Position numbers and translations under genes: made by a program. From positions 40,300,001 through 40,364,000 of the forward strand of contig OX597818.1 in assembly GCA_951406725.2 (NCBI GenBank): a DNA stretch of 64,000 nt. Direction: 5' to 3'. Below are positions 24,892-37,375 of this stretch, one piece after another. The notes under the pieces are model-generated. The model was not told where the DNA came from, did not search any database, and saw only the letters and a list, made by a program, of their open reading frames with translations. How positions within the stretch are numbered: the stretch's first letter is position 1; the number at the start of each line of letters is the position of its first letter. This stretch comes from Octopus vulgaris (lineage: Eukaryota).

Positions 24892-25815
24892 CCTCTATCG
24901 CTCTATCCATCTATCTATCTCTATTACTCTCTCTGTTTCTCACTTTACATTATTCATAATTTTGAAACTTTAGTTTAACGCAACCAACTAACACACCGTT
25001 CATTCGACCCACGAGAAGAAAAGCCAGAAGGTAATTCATTAAAATGTCAGGTTCACAGAGAATCGCTTTGAAGGAAACTATAAAACAGGTTACATTTTTG
25101 CTACTGGTGGTGGCGAGTGTGATGATGGTAATCATTATGATGAATATGATGATGGTAACCGACAGAGACGAGGGTGATGCTGCAACGTTCTTTGTTTACC
25201 GCCTTTATTCTCAGTTCATCATCCGAACAAACGGATAAAACATGCTTTCTGGAGGCCGAATGACATCAGAACTTCAATAGCCCACACGACCAGACGACCA
25301 AACAAATTCATATATCACCGGAATGTCGTAATGCAAATGAAGGTCGACATTAATGCAGCGATCTCTCTGCATTTATGTGTAGCCGAGGTAAAGTAACAAA
25401 TCGTCTGCGCGTTCGTTGCATGTGTCTATGACTATGTGTAGTTATATGCGTGTGTTTATGTGTGTTTGTATGCGTTTGTGTGTGCAAGCGTGTGTGTTTG
25501 TTGGAAAATAAATGAGATCATTGGATCTATTGTGAAGATGGTAATGTTATAGTGGAGCTTCGTATGGACAAGACATACGTTACTGCCGTAAATCAAAGTA
25601 GTGAATTGCTATGGAAATGGAGCCTGGCGATACATAGACACCAAGGAGTTCTCATGTTCTCATCCAAAGTCGCTTGTATGTCTGTTTGTATGCATCTATT
25701 TCCATGTTCCCTCTTCTTTCTCTCCACTTCCTTTTCATAAATATATGTATATATATATATGTATATATGTAAACATGTATGTATGTATGCACACACACAC
25801 ACACACGCATATATG

Positions 25816-25985
<170 letters not shown>

Positions 25986-26384
25986 TTTATTTATTTATCT
26001 CTCTCTCTCTCTCTCTATGTATGTATGAATATTTCCCAGTATGCAGCAAGTGGCTAAATCATTGACAGGTTTTACACAATTCACTTTGCATAGAGAGACG
26101 ATGTATATTCCCCTCTGGTATATTAATTCCAATCGACCTGTAAGAAATAACAGCAGCATCTCTCTTGAATCATACCTAATCACCATACAAATAGGGAAGG
26201 GTACACTGGATACACTATCTGGAATAAAATTGTTCAGGACTGGAATTACTTTGATAATGTGTTTACCAATTCAAAAGTCACCCGGACGAAACGACTACGC
26301 CTTACTCACATACACACATGTACACAATCACGCGTATCCATCCATCCATCCATCCATGTATACATACATACATACATACATGCA

Positions 26385-26418
<34 letters not shown>

Positions 26419-26449
26419 CATACAAGCAAACACATCCACATCCACATGG

Positions 26450-26830
26450 GTGTGTCTTTGTGTTTGTGTTTGTCCCACATCACCACTTGACGACCGGTGT
26501 TGGTTTGTTTATGTCTCCATAACTTAGCGGTTTGGCCTTAAGAGAACGACAGAATAAGTATTAGGCTTTTAGAAGACGAGTACTGGGGGTCAATTTTCTT
26601 CCGACGAAAGCTTTAGTCGAGCGAATCGACCCCAGGACTTATTCTCTGTAAGCCTAGTACTTATTCTATCGGTCTCTTTTGCCGAACCGCTAGATTACGG
26701 GGATGTACACACACCAGAATCGGTCAGCCCGAGGCTATAGTAGAAGACACTTGTCTAAGGTGCCACGCAGTGGGACTGAACCCGGAACCATGTGGTTGGT
26801 AAGCAAGCTACTTACCACACAACCACTCCT
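26450..26830. mobile_element. Two abutting SINE A copies in opposite orientation (26450-26600 on +, 26610-26830 on - with internal deletion)
   Basis: Both match the family A consensus seen elsewhere in the window. Confidence 0.8.
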
Positions 26831-26837
26831 AAATGAA

Positions 26838-27022
26838 AAAGTAAAGTTACCTTCCCGAGTCATACCGACTCATAAAGGCTGGTTACTCGGTTTCCGTGGG
26901 GTACAAATTTTCCACCCGGATTGGACGCCGGTCCGTCGCAGGATTATTAATTTTTTTTCAGCTGTGTGGACTGGAGCAACGTGAAATGAAGTGTTTGCTC
27001 AAGAACACAACGTGTCACTCGG
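26838..27022 (-). mobile_element. SINE family D fragment (CORE-like block)
   Basis: Minus strand ttgtgttcttgagcaaacacttcatttcacgttgctccagtccacacagctg; related to 30428-30622 and 43942-44095. Confidence 0.65.
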
Positions 27023-27474
27023 TGAGGAGGGTGATTGTTGGACGTTCTGCGGGACGAAAGATACGTATCCAAGGAAAAGGTAGAGGCCGATACAGCTTGG
27101 CACCAGTGACGTCGCAATTCATTTCCATCGTCGGACGTCGCAACTCATTGGCACCAGTGACGTCGCAACTCATTTCCATCGCGGGACGAAAGATAAGACC
27201 TATCAAAGGGCGGAGGAACTCATGAGTAATCAAAATGTGCTTCATAACGTTCGGAACTGAAATACGTATTGAACTTACACTCTCATACAATATTACGTCT
27301 CATAACTCTCTACAATAAAAATGTTGGAAACTTAGTATTTTTTCAGATGTTAAAATCTGTCGGACCTATTGTCATGCCGTCGGCCGTCGGAGCTATGAAA
27401 ACTTAGCCCACTCCGACTGCATTAAAATAGATTCGACTAATTTTATTATTTGTTTTGTTTTTGTTTTGTTTTTC

Positions 27475-27677
27475 CAGTTTCAGCTCTTGAGCTGTGGCCA
27501 TGCTGGGGCACCGCCATTGTGGTGAAAGAGTACAGCAGGGATCACCACCCCCTGCCGGAGCCTCGTAGAGCTTTTAGGTGTTTTCGCTCAATAAACACAC
27601 ACAACGCCCGGTCTGAGAATCGAAACCGCGATCCTGCGACCGCGAGTCCGCTGCCCTAACCACTAGGCCATTGCCTC
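27475..27677 (-). mobile_element. SINE with family B head/body and family A-like tail
   Basis: B sequence up to ctctttcaccacaa is joined to tggcggtgccccagcatggccacagc..gaaac. Confidence 0.75.
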
Positions 27678-27980
27678 TATTTTATTACCTTAAAAAATAT
27701 TAAGAGATACTAAATTTCAAACATTTCTATGGTCAAATACGTTTAGAACAATTCCAAACCATAAAAATCGCAGTTTAAAATAGTGTCTAGCAACAGTGGT
27801 GCAATTTTCCTTCAAACTACGAACAGGAGTTTAGATACATACCAGCTTCTACAAATAATTGTTTGTACTAAAAGCAAGGCCCTACGTACATCAAATTGTC
27901 TTTAAATTACGTGGCAGCAGAAGAATTATCGTTGAACTTTTTTAAAAGGTAAGTTTAGTGTTCGTATGTGTTGGTTGTTC

Positions 27981-28025
<45 letters not shown>

Positions 28026-28967
28026 AAATACACACATATATGTACACGTATATATGTGTCTGCTCATCTAAATGTACACGCATAAATATGCATACATACG
28101 TATATACATATATATTTATATACATATGTAGATATACATATATATCTATTTTTATACTTTTATATGTGTATGTGTGAGTGTGTACTTGTACATGGTTGGA
28201 CTGTATGCACATACTCATAGTTAACGTATTCATTGTAGACAACATCAAACGTACATAGAAGAGTATACGCATACATTTGTCATATCTGGGTTGCTTTAGA
28301 AACGATGCAGTTTGAATTCTGCGCTGTGCTTTGAAATGTCCACTTGAGTAGAGGCTCTTGACGATGTTAGATGTTGTGTTTCTTTGTAGTGAGGGAGATG
28401 GCAACGTCGGCTTTGCTTGATGTTGGAGGAGAGAAAGAGAGAGAGATAAGGGAGAGAAATGTAGTGGTAGTGTTGGTTGGATTGGTCGTGCTCCTTAAGA
28501 TAGCGTCCGCTATCGTGGCTAGATGATAAACATTGTGGTAGGGGTTGTCGCTCTGTATCTGCTGCTGCTAGTTCGAGTGGATATTCTTTTTATTAACGAC
28601 ACCATACACGTCTCCCACTCACGTACACAGCATCAGAGAGATGATGAGAGAGAATGCAGGAAGTTCAACATACACCTGGTTCCGGGAATTTCCCTGAAAA
28701 CTCGGAAAAATATTTGTATATAATGACGACTAGCATTCACAGAATGTGCCTGAAAGAATATTTCTACCCTTTGATAAAATCCACCTCAGAGGCTCTTACA
28801 CAACATACACATCCGACGTTCACTTCTATTACTGTAGACACTAAATACTGTAAATTAACAAATGTAAAGATACAAATATAAAAACAAATCTGCAGTCTCA
28901 AAATATTACAGAAATATCTTAATGTATTTAAATAATATTCCTTCAGTTAATATCGCCATATAACTTG

Positions 28968-29360
28968 AAGGCAGCGAGCTGGCAGAATCGTTAACCCGCC
29001 GGCCGAAATTCTTAGGGGCGTCTCGTCTGTATTTATGTTTTGAGTTCAAGTTCTACCGATGTCAACTTTGATTTTTATCCTTTCGGGGTTAATAAATTAA
29101 GTAGCAGTTCAGTACTGGGAGTCGATGTAATCGACTTAGATCCTCCCTTGAACTTTCTGGCCTTTGAAATGAACATTTTAATATAATTTTGTGGCATTTT
29201 GTCCGATTTTACATTCTGAATTCAAATTCTACCGAGGTCGATATTACTTTTCACCTTTTCGTGGCCGATAAAATAAATACCAGTTGAGTATTGGGCTCGA
29301 TGTAATCGACTTACCCACTTCCTTCGAAGTTGCTGGCCTTGTGCTAAAAGTTGAAATCAG
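28968..29360 (+). mobile_element. Two tandem SINE family C copies
   Basis: Repeated gttcaa..gtcg..tttc(g)ggg..gataaa..accagtt..gatgtaatcgactta blocks. Confidence 0.8.
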
Positions 29361-29439
29361 TATTTTAATGTAATTTTAATATACTTGTAATGTTATATTA
29401 TATTGTAATATTATATATAACTTCTTTTTACAGAAAACC

Positions 29440-30130
29440 CTTGGCAAGTTTTCCCGATTCATATTTGTTCAAAAGACCATCATTGACATATTTTACGAAG
29501 AGAAAGCACTGAATTTTGTTGCTGAAAAGGCTGGTTTCTCCCAGAGTCTCGGTTCAGTGTCGAAGCATCATTCTGTCGATATTCTTCGTTTTTATGACCA
29601 ATGTGTGGAAAAAGGAGCTACACCATCAAGATGGATGACAAGAGAATCGTGAAGAAATTGTGGAATAGAGTTGGTTTGATATCGTGGGGAGATATCTATA
29701 ATAAAATGTGGCGCAAGTATCCAGGACTAAGCAATTTCTTAGTCATAAACAGTTAATACAGGCCAAGGAGTAATAGGAGTTTGGTGTTGAGCAGTGGGTC
29801 AAAGTGATGTTTCTTGTTGAGTGCCAGTTTTGATTTTTGTTTAGAAACCAAGGTTGCAAAGTTTTGCGAGGCACAAAACTCCAGCTGTTTGAGGTTCGGT
29901 GTCAAGTTATCGTAACCAATTGCGGTTTGAGGCGCAATGTCATATGCAGATGTTAGAGTGCTGTGCTTCCTCAGGTTTTGTGAACATAACAATCTACAAA
30001 AGAATCTTGAAGCATTCCGTGCTGCAATCAGCTGACAAGTAATTTTGCAATGCGGATTTTTTTGTTTAACTCGCATGCGTTGAACCTCATAAAGAAGAAT
30101 CTATGTGATATAATTACAAAGATGATGGAG
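29440..30130 (+). pseudogene. Degraded Tc1-family transposase
   Basis: FVQKTIIDIFYEE..VAEKAGFSQS.SVSKH..CGKRSYTIKMDD; VEQWVKVMF..FRNQG; EAQNSSCLRFGVK..GAMSYADVRVLCF; VNITIYKRILKHSVLQSADK*FCNADF; LNLIKKNL. Confidence 0.8.
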
Positions 30131-30169
30131 GTTGCTATCGAGTTCACTCTGGTTACCGTCATAACTAAT

Positions 30170-30370
30170 GTAAACAAACCAAAACCAGTCGAGGTGGGGA
30201 ACAAACAATACACACACATACACACACACGATGGGTTTATTCGGCTTCTGTCTACAAAATCTCCTTGCAAGGAGCGATAGTAGATGACACTTGCCTAAGG
30301 TGTTGTGCAGTGAAATGGAACATCGCAAGGCCACATGGTTAGGAAACAAGCTTCTTAACCACAGTCATGC
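30170..30370 (-). mobile_element. Diverged SINE family A
   Basis: gtaaacaaacc..tgtctacaaaatc..acacttgcctaaggtg..ccacatggtt. Confidence 0.65.
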
Positions 30371-30427
30371 ATGCGACTATGCATACACACACACACACAC
30401 ACACACATGCACACACACACACACACA

Positions 30428-30622
30428 GTATCCAAGGAAAAGGTAGAGGCCGATACAGCTTAGCACCAGTGACGTCGCGACTCAATTTCCATCGCCGAGT
30501 GAAATGAAGCAATGTAAAATAAAATGTCTTGCTCAAGAAAACAACACACAATTCGGTCCGTGAATCAAACTCACTATCTCAGGATTGTGAGCCCGACGCT
30601 CTAACCACTGAGCCATGCGCTT
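30428..30622 (-). mobile_element. SINE family D (tRNA head plus CORE-like block)
   Basis: Minus strand gcgcatggctcagtggttagagcgtcgggctcac..gagtttgattc..cttgagcaagac; tail shared with 27066-27180. Confidence 0.75.
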
Positions 30623-31051
30623 ATGGTACTCTAAATACTCGCTCGTAAAACTACTCTCATATGAATGTTCATATAATACTATTGTCTTTAAAACAATTAA
30701 ATCTACTTTCTTTTCTCCGTAGGTTTATATTTCTGCAAGTCATGACTAATCGATGAAGTAAATAAAGCATTGAACGTAATAAAGTGACGATAACAAATGT
30801 ATCAAATTTCACTTTAAGTCGATTGCTAAATGTTTGCTTGAGAAAATGGAGGAAACCTTTTTTTTCCCTCTCCGTCGTATATTACTTGAGCTTAGCAATA
30901 AACTCTTTAAGCACTGCATAAACGATTCATTAGAAAGGAATAACAAATGACTTATATGACATAACGCAAACACACACACACACACACACATACATAACAC
31001 ACATAGACACATATATTATGTGTATGTACATATGCTATGTAGATATGTATC

Positions 31052-31130
<79 letters not shown>

Positions 31131-31132
31131 GT

Positions 31133-31540
31133 AGGCGCAATGGCCCAGTGGATAGGGCAGCGGACTCGCGGTTTCGATTTCCAGACAGGGCGTTGTGCGT
31201 GTTTATTGAGCGAAAACACTTAAAAGCTCCACGAGGCCGATCAAAGCCTTGTGAGTGGATTTAGTAGACGGAAACTCAAAGAAGCCCGTCGTATATATGT
31301 ATATATATGTGCGTGTGTGTGCATGTTTGTGTATCTGTATTTGTCCCCCTAGAATTACTTGACAACCGATGCTGGTGTATTTATGTCTCCGTCACTTAGC
31401 GGTTCGGCAAAAGGGACCGATAGAATAAGTACTGGGCTTACAAAGAACAAGTCCCGGGGTCGATTTGCTCGACTAAAGGTGGTGCTCCAGCATGGCCGCA
31501 GTCAAATGACTGAAACAAGTATAAGAGTAAAGAGTATACT
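31133..31540 (+). mobile_element. Chimeric SINE: family B head fused to family A body and tail
   Basis: Switch near 31233-31238 (cacgaggc|cgatcaaagccttgtgag). Confidence 0.8.
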
Positions 31541-31762
31541 TATATACACAAAAACAGATTTATTGTAATGCATAACTGTAAGAGAAATATGAACGTAAAC
31601 ATATTCCTTCTATGTTTCCTATATGTCGAAAATAAACTATCAATGGACAACTCTTCGATTTTGTTGACCGTTCTTGAGAGAAAACGTGCTTTGTTTCCTT
31701 CCTATGTAAATAGCAGAGAATATTCAGCTACCGTATAAAGCATTCTTATATTAGTTAGTTGA

Positions 31763-31995
31763 AAGGCGGCGAGCTGGCAGAATCGTTAGCACGCCGGGCA
31801 AAATGCGTAGCCGTATATTACGTCTGCTATTACGTTCTGAGTTCAAATTCCGCCGATGTCGACTTTGCCTTTCATCCTTTCGGGGTGGATAAATTAAGTA
31901 CCAGTTACGCACTGGGGTCGATATAATCGACTTAATTCGTGTGTCTGTTCTTGTTTGTCCCCTCTGTGTTTAGCCCCCTGTGGGTAGTAAATAGA
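31763..31995 (+). mobile_element. Full-length SINE family C with probable TSD
   Basis: aaggcggcgagctggcagaatcg..agtaaatag; flanked by ttatattagttagttgaa on both sides. Confidence 0.9.
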
Positions 31996-32357
31996 TTTAT
32001 ATTAGTTAGTTGAACCAACCTTATGACTAATATATAATGAGTTGCCCCAACCAATCCTTGAATGCAGTTTGTTTTGAAACGCACTCTCTTGTTAATTTTC
32101 TGTCGGTCTTTCTTATTGGCTCGCTTCATTCTTCGTTTGTTAGTCTGCAATTTTTATCAGTATAACTCCTTTTACCGTAACTCCCTTTCATTTTAAATCT
32201 CACATGTTTATTTAAAGTTTCTCTCACTGTAGTTTTCGGTTCGATATTTCGTGAGCGAGACTGTATGAGAGTATGAGATGTGAGTTACATTGGGAGGTTT
32301 TAATGGGTGATCACAAGATGATCTGGCAGAGTTTGAGTCACATGAATACAAGATATA

Positions 32358-32555
32358 CGAAAAGGGGTGCTGAAAAGTACCTGTCTTTAAGAGTATCGCG
32401 AAAGAGCCTGTTGTACTATTTTTAAAGAGCTTAAGAAAACTGAAGGATCTCTGCAATAAGTGTGTGAATCTGAAAGGAGAACATGTTAAAAAGAATTCAT
32501 TGATCCTCCTGTATTTTCTTTTACCCAAAGCCAAGAACTTTTCAGCAACCTTTCG
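32358..32555 (+). mobile_element. mariner-derived MITE
   Basis: TA-flanked TIRs cgaaaaggggtgctgaaaagt and acttttcagcaacctttcg; internal LRKLKDLCNKCVNLKGEHVK resembles the mariner C-terminus. Confidence 0.8.
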
Positions 32556-32669
32556 TACATGTATGCTTACATGCATTCATGCATATATATATACATACTT
32601 ACATACTCTATATTAACGTGAAGTGTAGCCTCTCGTGGGTTCATGACCGTTATTTTATGCCACATATCT

Positions 32670-33188
32670 AAGGTGGCGAGCTGGCAGAACCGTTAGCAAG
32701 CTGGACGAAATGCTTGTAGCAACATTGTGAGTTCAAATTTCGCCGAGGTCGACTTTGCCTTTCATCCTTTCGGGGTCGATAAATTAAGTACCAGTAAAAC
32801 ACTGGGGCCGATGTAATCGATTATCCTGCTCCCCCAAATTTCAGGCTTTGTACCTATAGTAAAAAGGATTATGCCACATATCTATGACTCAGCTTCTACA
32901 ATCAAAGAGCAGGTGAGAGTTACATAATATTTTATGAACAAACGGGATATCAAAAACTCTTAAAATTTTAAGATTCAACAATCCTTTGTAATATAAACAC
33001 AAGGCCTGAAACTTGATGGAGGTGGGAAGACGATTACATCAACTTAAGTATTCTACTGGTACGTATATTATTGCGTCTGGAAGGATGAAAGACAAAACTC
33101 GCCTCGTGGGAGTTTGAACCCAGAACATAAGAAATACCGCTAAGCATTTTGCCCGATATGCTAACGATTCTGGCAGCTCGTCGCCTTC
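32670..33188. mobile_element. Inverted pair of SINE C copies (32670-32870 on +, 33000-33188 on -)
   Basis: Both match family C. Confidence 0.8.
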
Positions 33189-33941
33189 GACAATGGGAAC
33201 AATAATGGATAATTAAAATATCGACTCGATGAGAACCAAATATGTTCATTAAACAAACACGAGGGAGTAAAAGTAAGAGAGTGTAGAATAAGAAGGAAGA
33301 GAAGAGGAGAAAATGTTAAGAGAACGGAGTAACAATGAGGAAGAAAGAGAGGGGGAGTTAGAAAAATAAAGTTGGACATCGAAGGAGAGAGAGAGAAAGA
33401 GAGAGACAAAGGGAGAGAGAGAGAGAAAGAAGAGGTGATGAAGAAGTAAAAGTAGAATAAGGGAGAGATGATGATGAACAAAATGTGTAAGAGAATATGA
33501 GAAAAAGTGATAAAGATAGATAGATAGACAGATAACTTTTTATTGTGGCCACACAGGGCTAAACACAGATAAGTAGACAGATAGATAGATATACAAACTG
33601 ACAGAGAGGCAGGCAGATAGATAAATAGGCTGGTAGATTACTAAATAGATATATAAATCGATAAATAGAGACCGTAGGAATTGTTAGCAAAAATGGCGAA
33701 CATTGTGGATGTTACCGTTCCCTAACTGCAATGTTTGATACCAAATGATCAGGTATAGCAACAGCGGTGACATCGGCATCGGTGGCGGCAACAACCAGCT
33801 GTGCAGCTATATACAAAAACATGCACTCCATGTCAAGACTGCAGACAGCAATCTTCTCCACGACGTTGATTCAACACTCCACTTCAGATAATGGTCACTG
33901 TACAACGATATCATAGTTTGCTTCTGTTGTTTCTTTCGATT

Positions 33942-34041
<100 letters not shown>

Positions 34042-34225
34042 TGTATGTATGTATGTATGTAGATAAAACTTACTTAAATTTTTCTATCGTCTTGGCTTAA
34101 TAGCCCTCACCGTTTGTTTTTACTGTCTTGTTCTCACTGTCCTGTTCTTGTTACCACTTTCACCCTCCGCAAAAAATCCCAAATTTTATTTAATTTGCTT
34201 TGCTTGAAGGATTGTTTCAACGAAG

Positions 34226-34288
34226 TCGCGTATTGTCCTCGCCTTCGAAACGCAGAGTAGATGAAACAGGGACAACTGATGAAGGGGA
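34226..34288 (+). ncRNA. Candidate non-circularly permuted hammerhead ribozyme
   Basis: gcGTA-ttgtcct, ccttcGAAACgc and gggacaa-CTGATGA-agggg occur in that order. Stems I and III can form; stem II is weak or ambiguous. Confidence 0.45.
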
Positions 34289-34528
34289 ATATTCTTTATG
34301 TTGCATGTCTCGTTTCTCTGTTTGTTTTTTTCGTTGTTCGAAAAAAAAGTTCGTTTTCTAAGTTTTTGTCTTTATATTTTCGTTTCTCATTGTGTTCAAC
34401 GTTTTTTTATGTCCTGTACCCATATGTGCATGTATATATGCATATATATGTAGGTATGTACATATATGTATGCATATATGCATATATTTATATATTATTT
34501 ATATTATGTATGTATATATGTATGTATA

Positions 34529-35268
34529 TCATTATTCAGTTTTTCTTTAAGATTTCTCGCCAATAGAAAAAGAGCCGGTTTCTAACCTAAATCCAAGGCT
34601 CCTTCATTGAAATGTCAACATCAACAGAGTATTTTTGTATGTATATATATATATATATATGCACATTTGCTTGTTTTGCTTTATGTATGCCTTCTCATGC
34701 GTATAACTGCATGTCTAGACATGCTCATATATACTTAAATCATAAGCTTCTGGAAAGTTTTACAGATTTTTACAGTTCCAGTGATGGCTTGGATCTGTAG
34801 TCATCGAATCAGCTTCCTCCTTTCTGGTTTTAAGAAGCCTAATTTCTCAAGATTGGAATTTTGGCAGTGTGTTACACATCCCAGTGTCCCAATAATTACA
34901 GGCGTAAAGCTGGACTTGTAATCTGGGTAGAGTAACTGTAGATTCCTCAATGGTTCAGCGTATTTTCTTTTTCACTGAATTTTAGCTTTATGTTAACATC
35001 CGTTGGGCAGCTAATTTCCACAACGGTACACAGTTTCTTTTCTCTATCCCAAATCATTATGTCAGGTCTATTATGTTTACAATTTATTCAAGTTTTCATT
35101 CGAACATTCCACCAGCACTCCTTTTTTTATTACGAGTGGCTATGGCTTCTTTAATAATGAAGGTTTTTATTTCTTTGTCCTCGGGGTTACCCTTCAGACA
35201 GATCTCATTATAGAGTATCTAGCTAAATTATCTCATCTATAGATAATACCATGATGAAATTTCCGTAG
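34529..35268 (-). pseudogene. 5'-truncated R4-like RLE LINE flanked by (CATA)n
   Basis: ECWWNV..CKHNRPDIMIWDREKKLCTVVEISCPTDVNI; 3' UTR ggttagaaaccggctc..aaactgaataatga. Confidence 0.88.
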
Positions 35269-35496
35269 TATGTATGTATGTATGTATGTATGTATGTATG
35301 TGTGTGTGTATGTGTGTGTGCCTATGTGTGTGTGAGTATGACTGTGCATGCATGCGTGTGTGTGTGTGTATGTATGTATTTTGAACAGCCTCAAGTGTAA
35401 CAGGCCGAAATTGTAACGATGATTGGAAGCTTGACCGATGAATAGAAAACCACGAATGTTTTTCCTGTCTGTCTTTGCATCATCCATGTGTCAGAG

Positions 35497-35728
35497 CACC
35501 TTGAGCAAGTGCCTTCTACTATAGACACAGGCTGACCAAAGCCTTGTGAATAGATTTGGTAGATTGAAATCGAAAGAAGCCATTCTACCAAATCTACTCT
35601 CAAGGTTTTGGTTGACTCGGTTCCATAAAAAAAAAACAACGCTCATCAACCATGCCATGCAGTGGGACTGAACCCGAAACAACATGGTAGCAAAATGAGC
35701 TTCTTAACCATACAACCACGTCCGTGCA
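35497..35728. mobile_element. Two SINE A fragments joined in inverted orientation
   Basis: 35497-35580 on + and 35582-35728 on - share the ccttgtga..gatttggtaga block. Confidence 0.7.
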
Positions 35729-36371
35729 TATTAATACAGAAAGTTTCATAACAACTAGCCTCATGAGGTGACTGAAACAGATTTTATCATGTGTCCAACT
35801 TAAATTTATTAGAAACAACTTCTGTAGTATATTTGAACACAGGTCCTAGAGATTTTTATTTTAATACATCGAGTACAAATCCATTCTTGCAATTTTACCT
35901 CTATTCAAAATACGTTACAGCATCTGAACATTTTTCTTGCTGACGACAAGATGGAAGGCTCATTATTTTGTAGTAAGGTTAGAATGAGGATGGTTTTAAC
36001 GACTATCAAATCATACGTTTTCAGAAACGAAGAGACAACACTTTCAGTCGGCTTTGAAATACCTATCTGTTTCTGATAGTCTATAACAGACAAGTGGAAT
36101 ATCATTGGTGGGAATTTTTGTTTGTTCAGCTGGCGACTGCTGTTGCAAGTGAAGGACTCTTACAGATTCCTTTATAATTGATTAGTAAAGTTTGGAGAGG
36201 AATGATAGAGAGTTGGGCGGCTGTAAATGGATGGGAGTGAGGAGGAAGAGGTTTGAGAGGAGAGACAGAAGACGGAAATTTTGTGGTGGTTGGAATTTTC
36301 GACAAGCGGGGATAGAGAATAGAAGGTAGGAGTTTTGAAGAGAGGAATAGTTTGAGAGTGGAGGTTGACAA

Positions 36372-36374
36372 GAG

Positions 36375-36439
<65 letters not shown>

Positions 36440-36850
36440 ATTAAAGTGTGAGAGGAAGAGAATGGGTGAAAGAAAAGGAAATATGATGGAAGAGAAGGAA
36501 TAAGATGAAAAGAGATGAAAAGGAAAGAGCAGGGAATAGAGTGGGAGTACATCAATGAGAATAGGAAAAGAGAGTAATACAGAGAATGAGAGAGCGAAGC
36601 AGAAAGATGAGGAGAAGAGAGGGAGAAGAGAGAAGGGAGGAAAATATAGAAAAGAATGAGAAACAAATTAAAGGAGAAAGGAAGATACAAATAAATGGAA
36701 TGCATGGGGTGGGATGGGATGGGATGGAATGGGAGGAAGGGAGCTGAAATTGAAGAGGAGAGGCAAAGCAGAAGGACAAGATGAGAAATGAAAGCAGAAA
36801 AGAGACGGGAGAAATAAATAAAATGGAGGCAAGAGAAAATGAAAGGAATA
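36372..36850. repeat. (GA)n and polypurine low-complexity tract
   Basis: Direct observation. Confidence 0.9.
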
Positions 36851-36916
36851 TCTCCATAAAATTGAATTTTTGAATTGAATAGAAAGTACTATTATGATTA
36901 TCAACACCGCTGCTGG

Positions 36917-36917
<1 letters not shown>

Positions 36918-36980
<63 letters not shown>
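36918..36980. repeat. (CTA)n microsatellite
   Basis: Direct observation. Confidence 0.97.
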
Positions 36981-36999
<19 letters not shown>

Positions 37000-37009
37000 T
37001 TATAAAATT

Positions 37010-37375
37010 GTTGGCAGAATTGTTAGTATGCCGGGCGAAATGCTTAGCGGTATTTCGTCTGCTGTTATGTTCTGAGTTCAAATTCCGCCGAGGTCGACTT
37101 TGCCTTTCATCCTTTCGAGGTCGATAAATTAAGTACCAGTTACGCACTGGGGTCGATGTAATCGACTTAATCCGTCTGTCTGTCTTTGTTTGTCCTCTCT
37201 GTGTTTAGCCCCTTGTGGGTAGTAAAGAAATAGGTATTTCGTCTGTCGCTACGTTCTGAGTTCAAATTCCGCTGAGGTCGACTTTGCCTTTCATCCTTTC
37301 GGGGTCGATTAAATAAGTACCAGTTACGCACTGGGGTCGATATAATCGACTTAATCCGTTTGTTTGTCCTTGTTT
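37010..37375 (+). mobile_element. SINE family C followed by a tandem headless second unit
   Basis: Block ggtatttcgtctg..cttaatccgt repeated at 37049 and 37233. Confidence 0.88.

Noticed and set aside
33670-33930. Unique, moderately GC-rich stretch that might be an exon
   Set aside because: No convincing ORF, paired splice sites or recognisable peptide.
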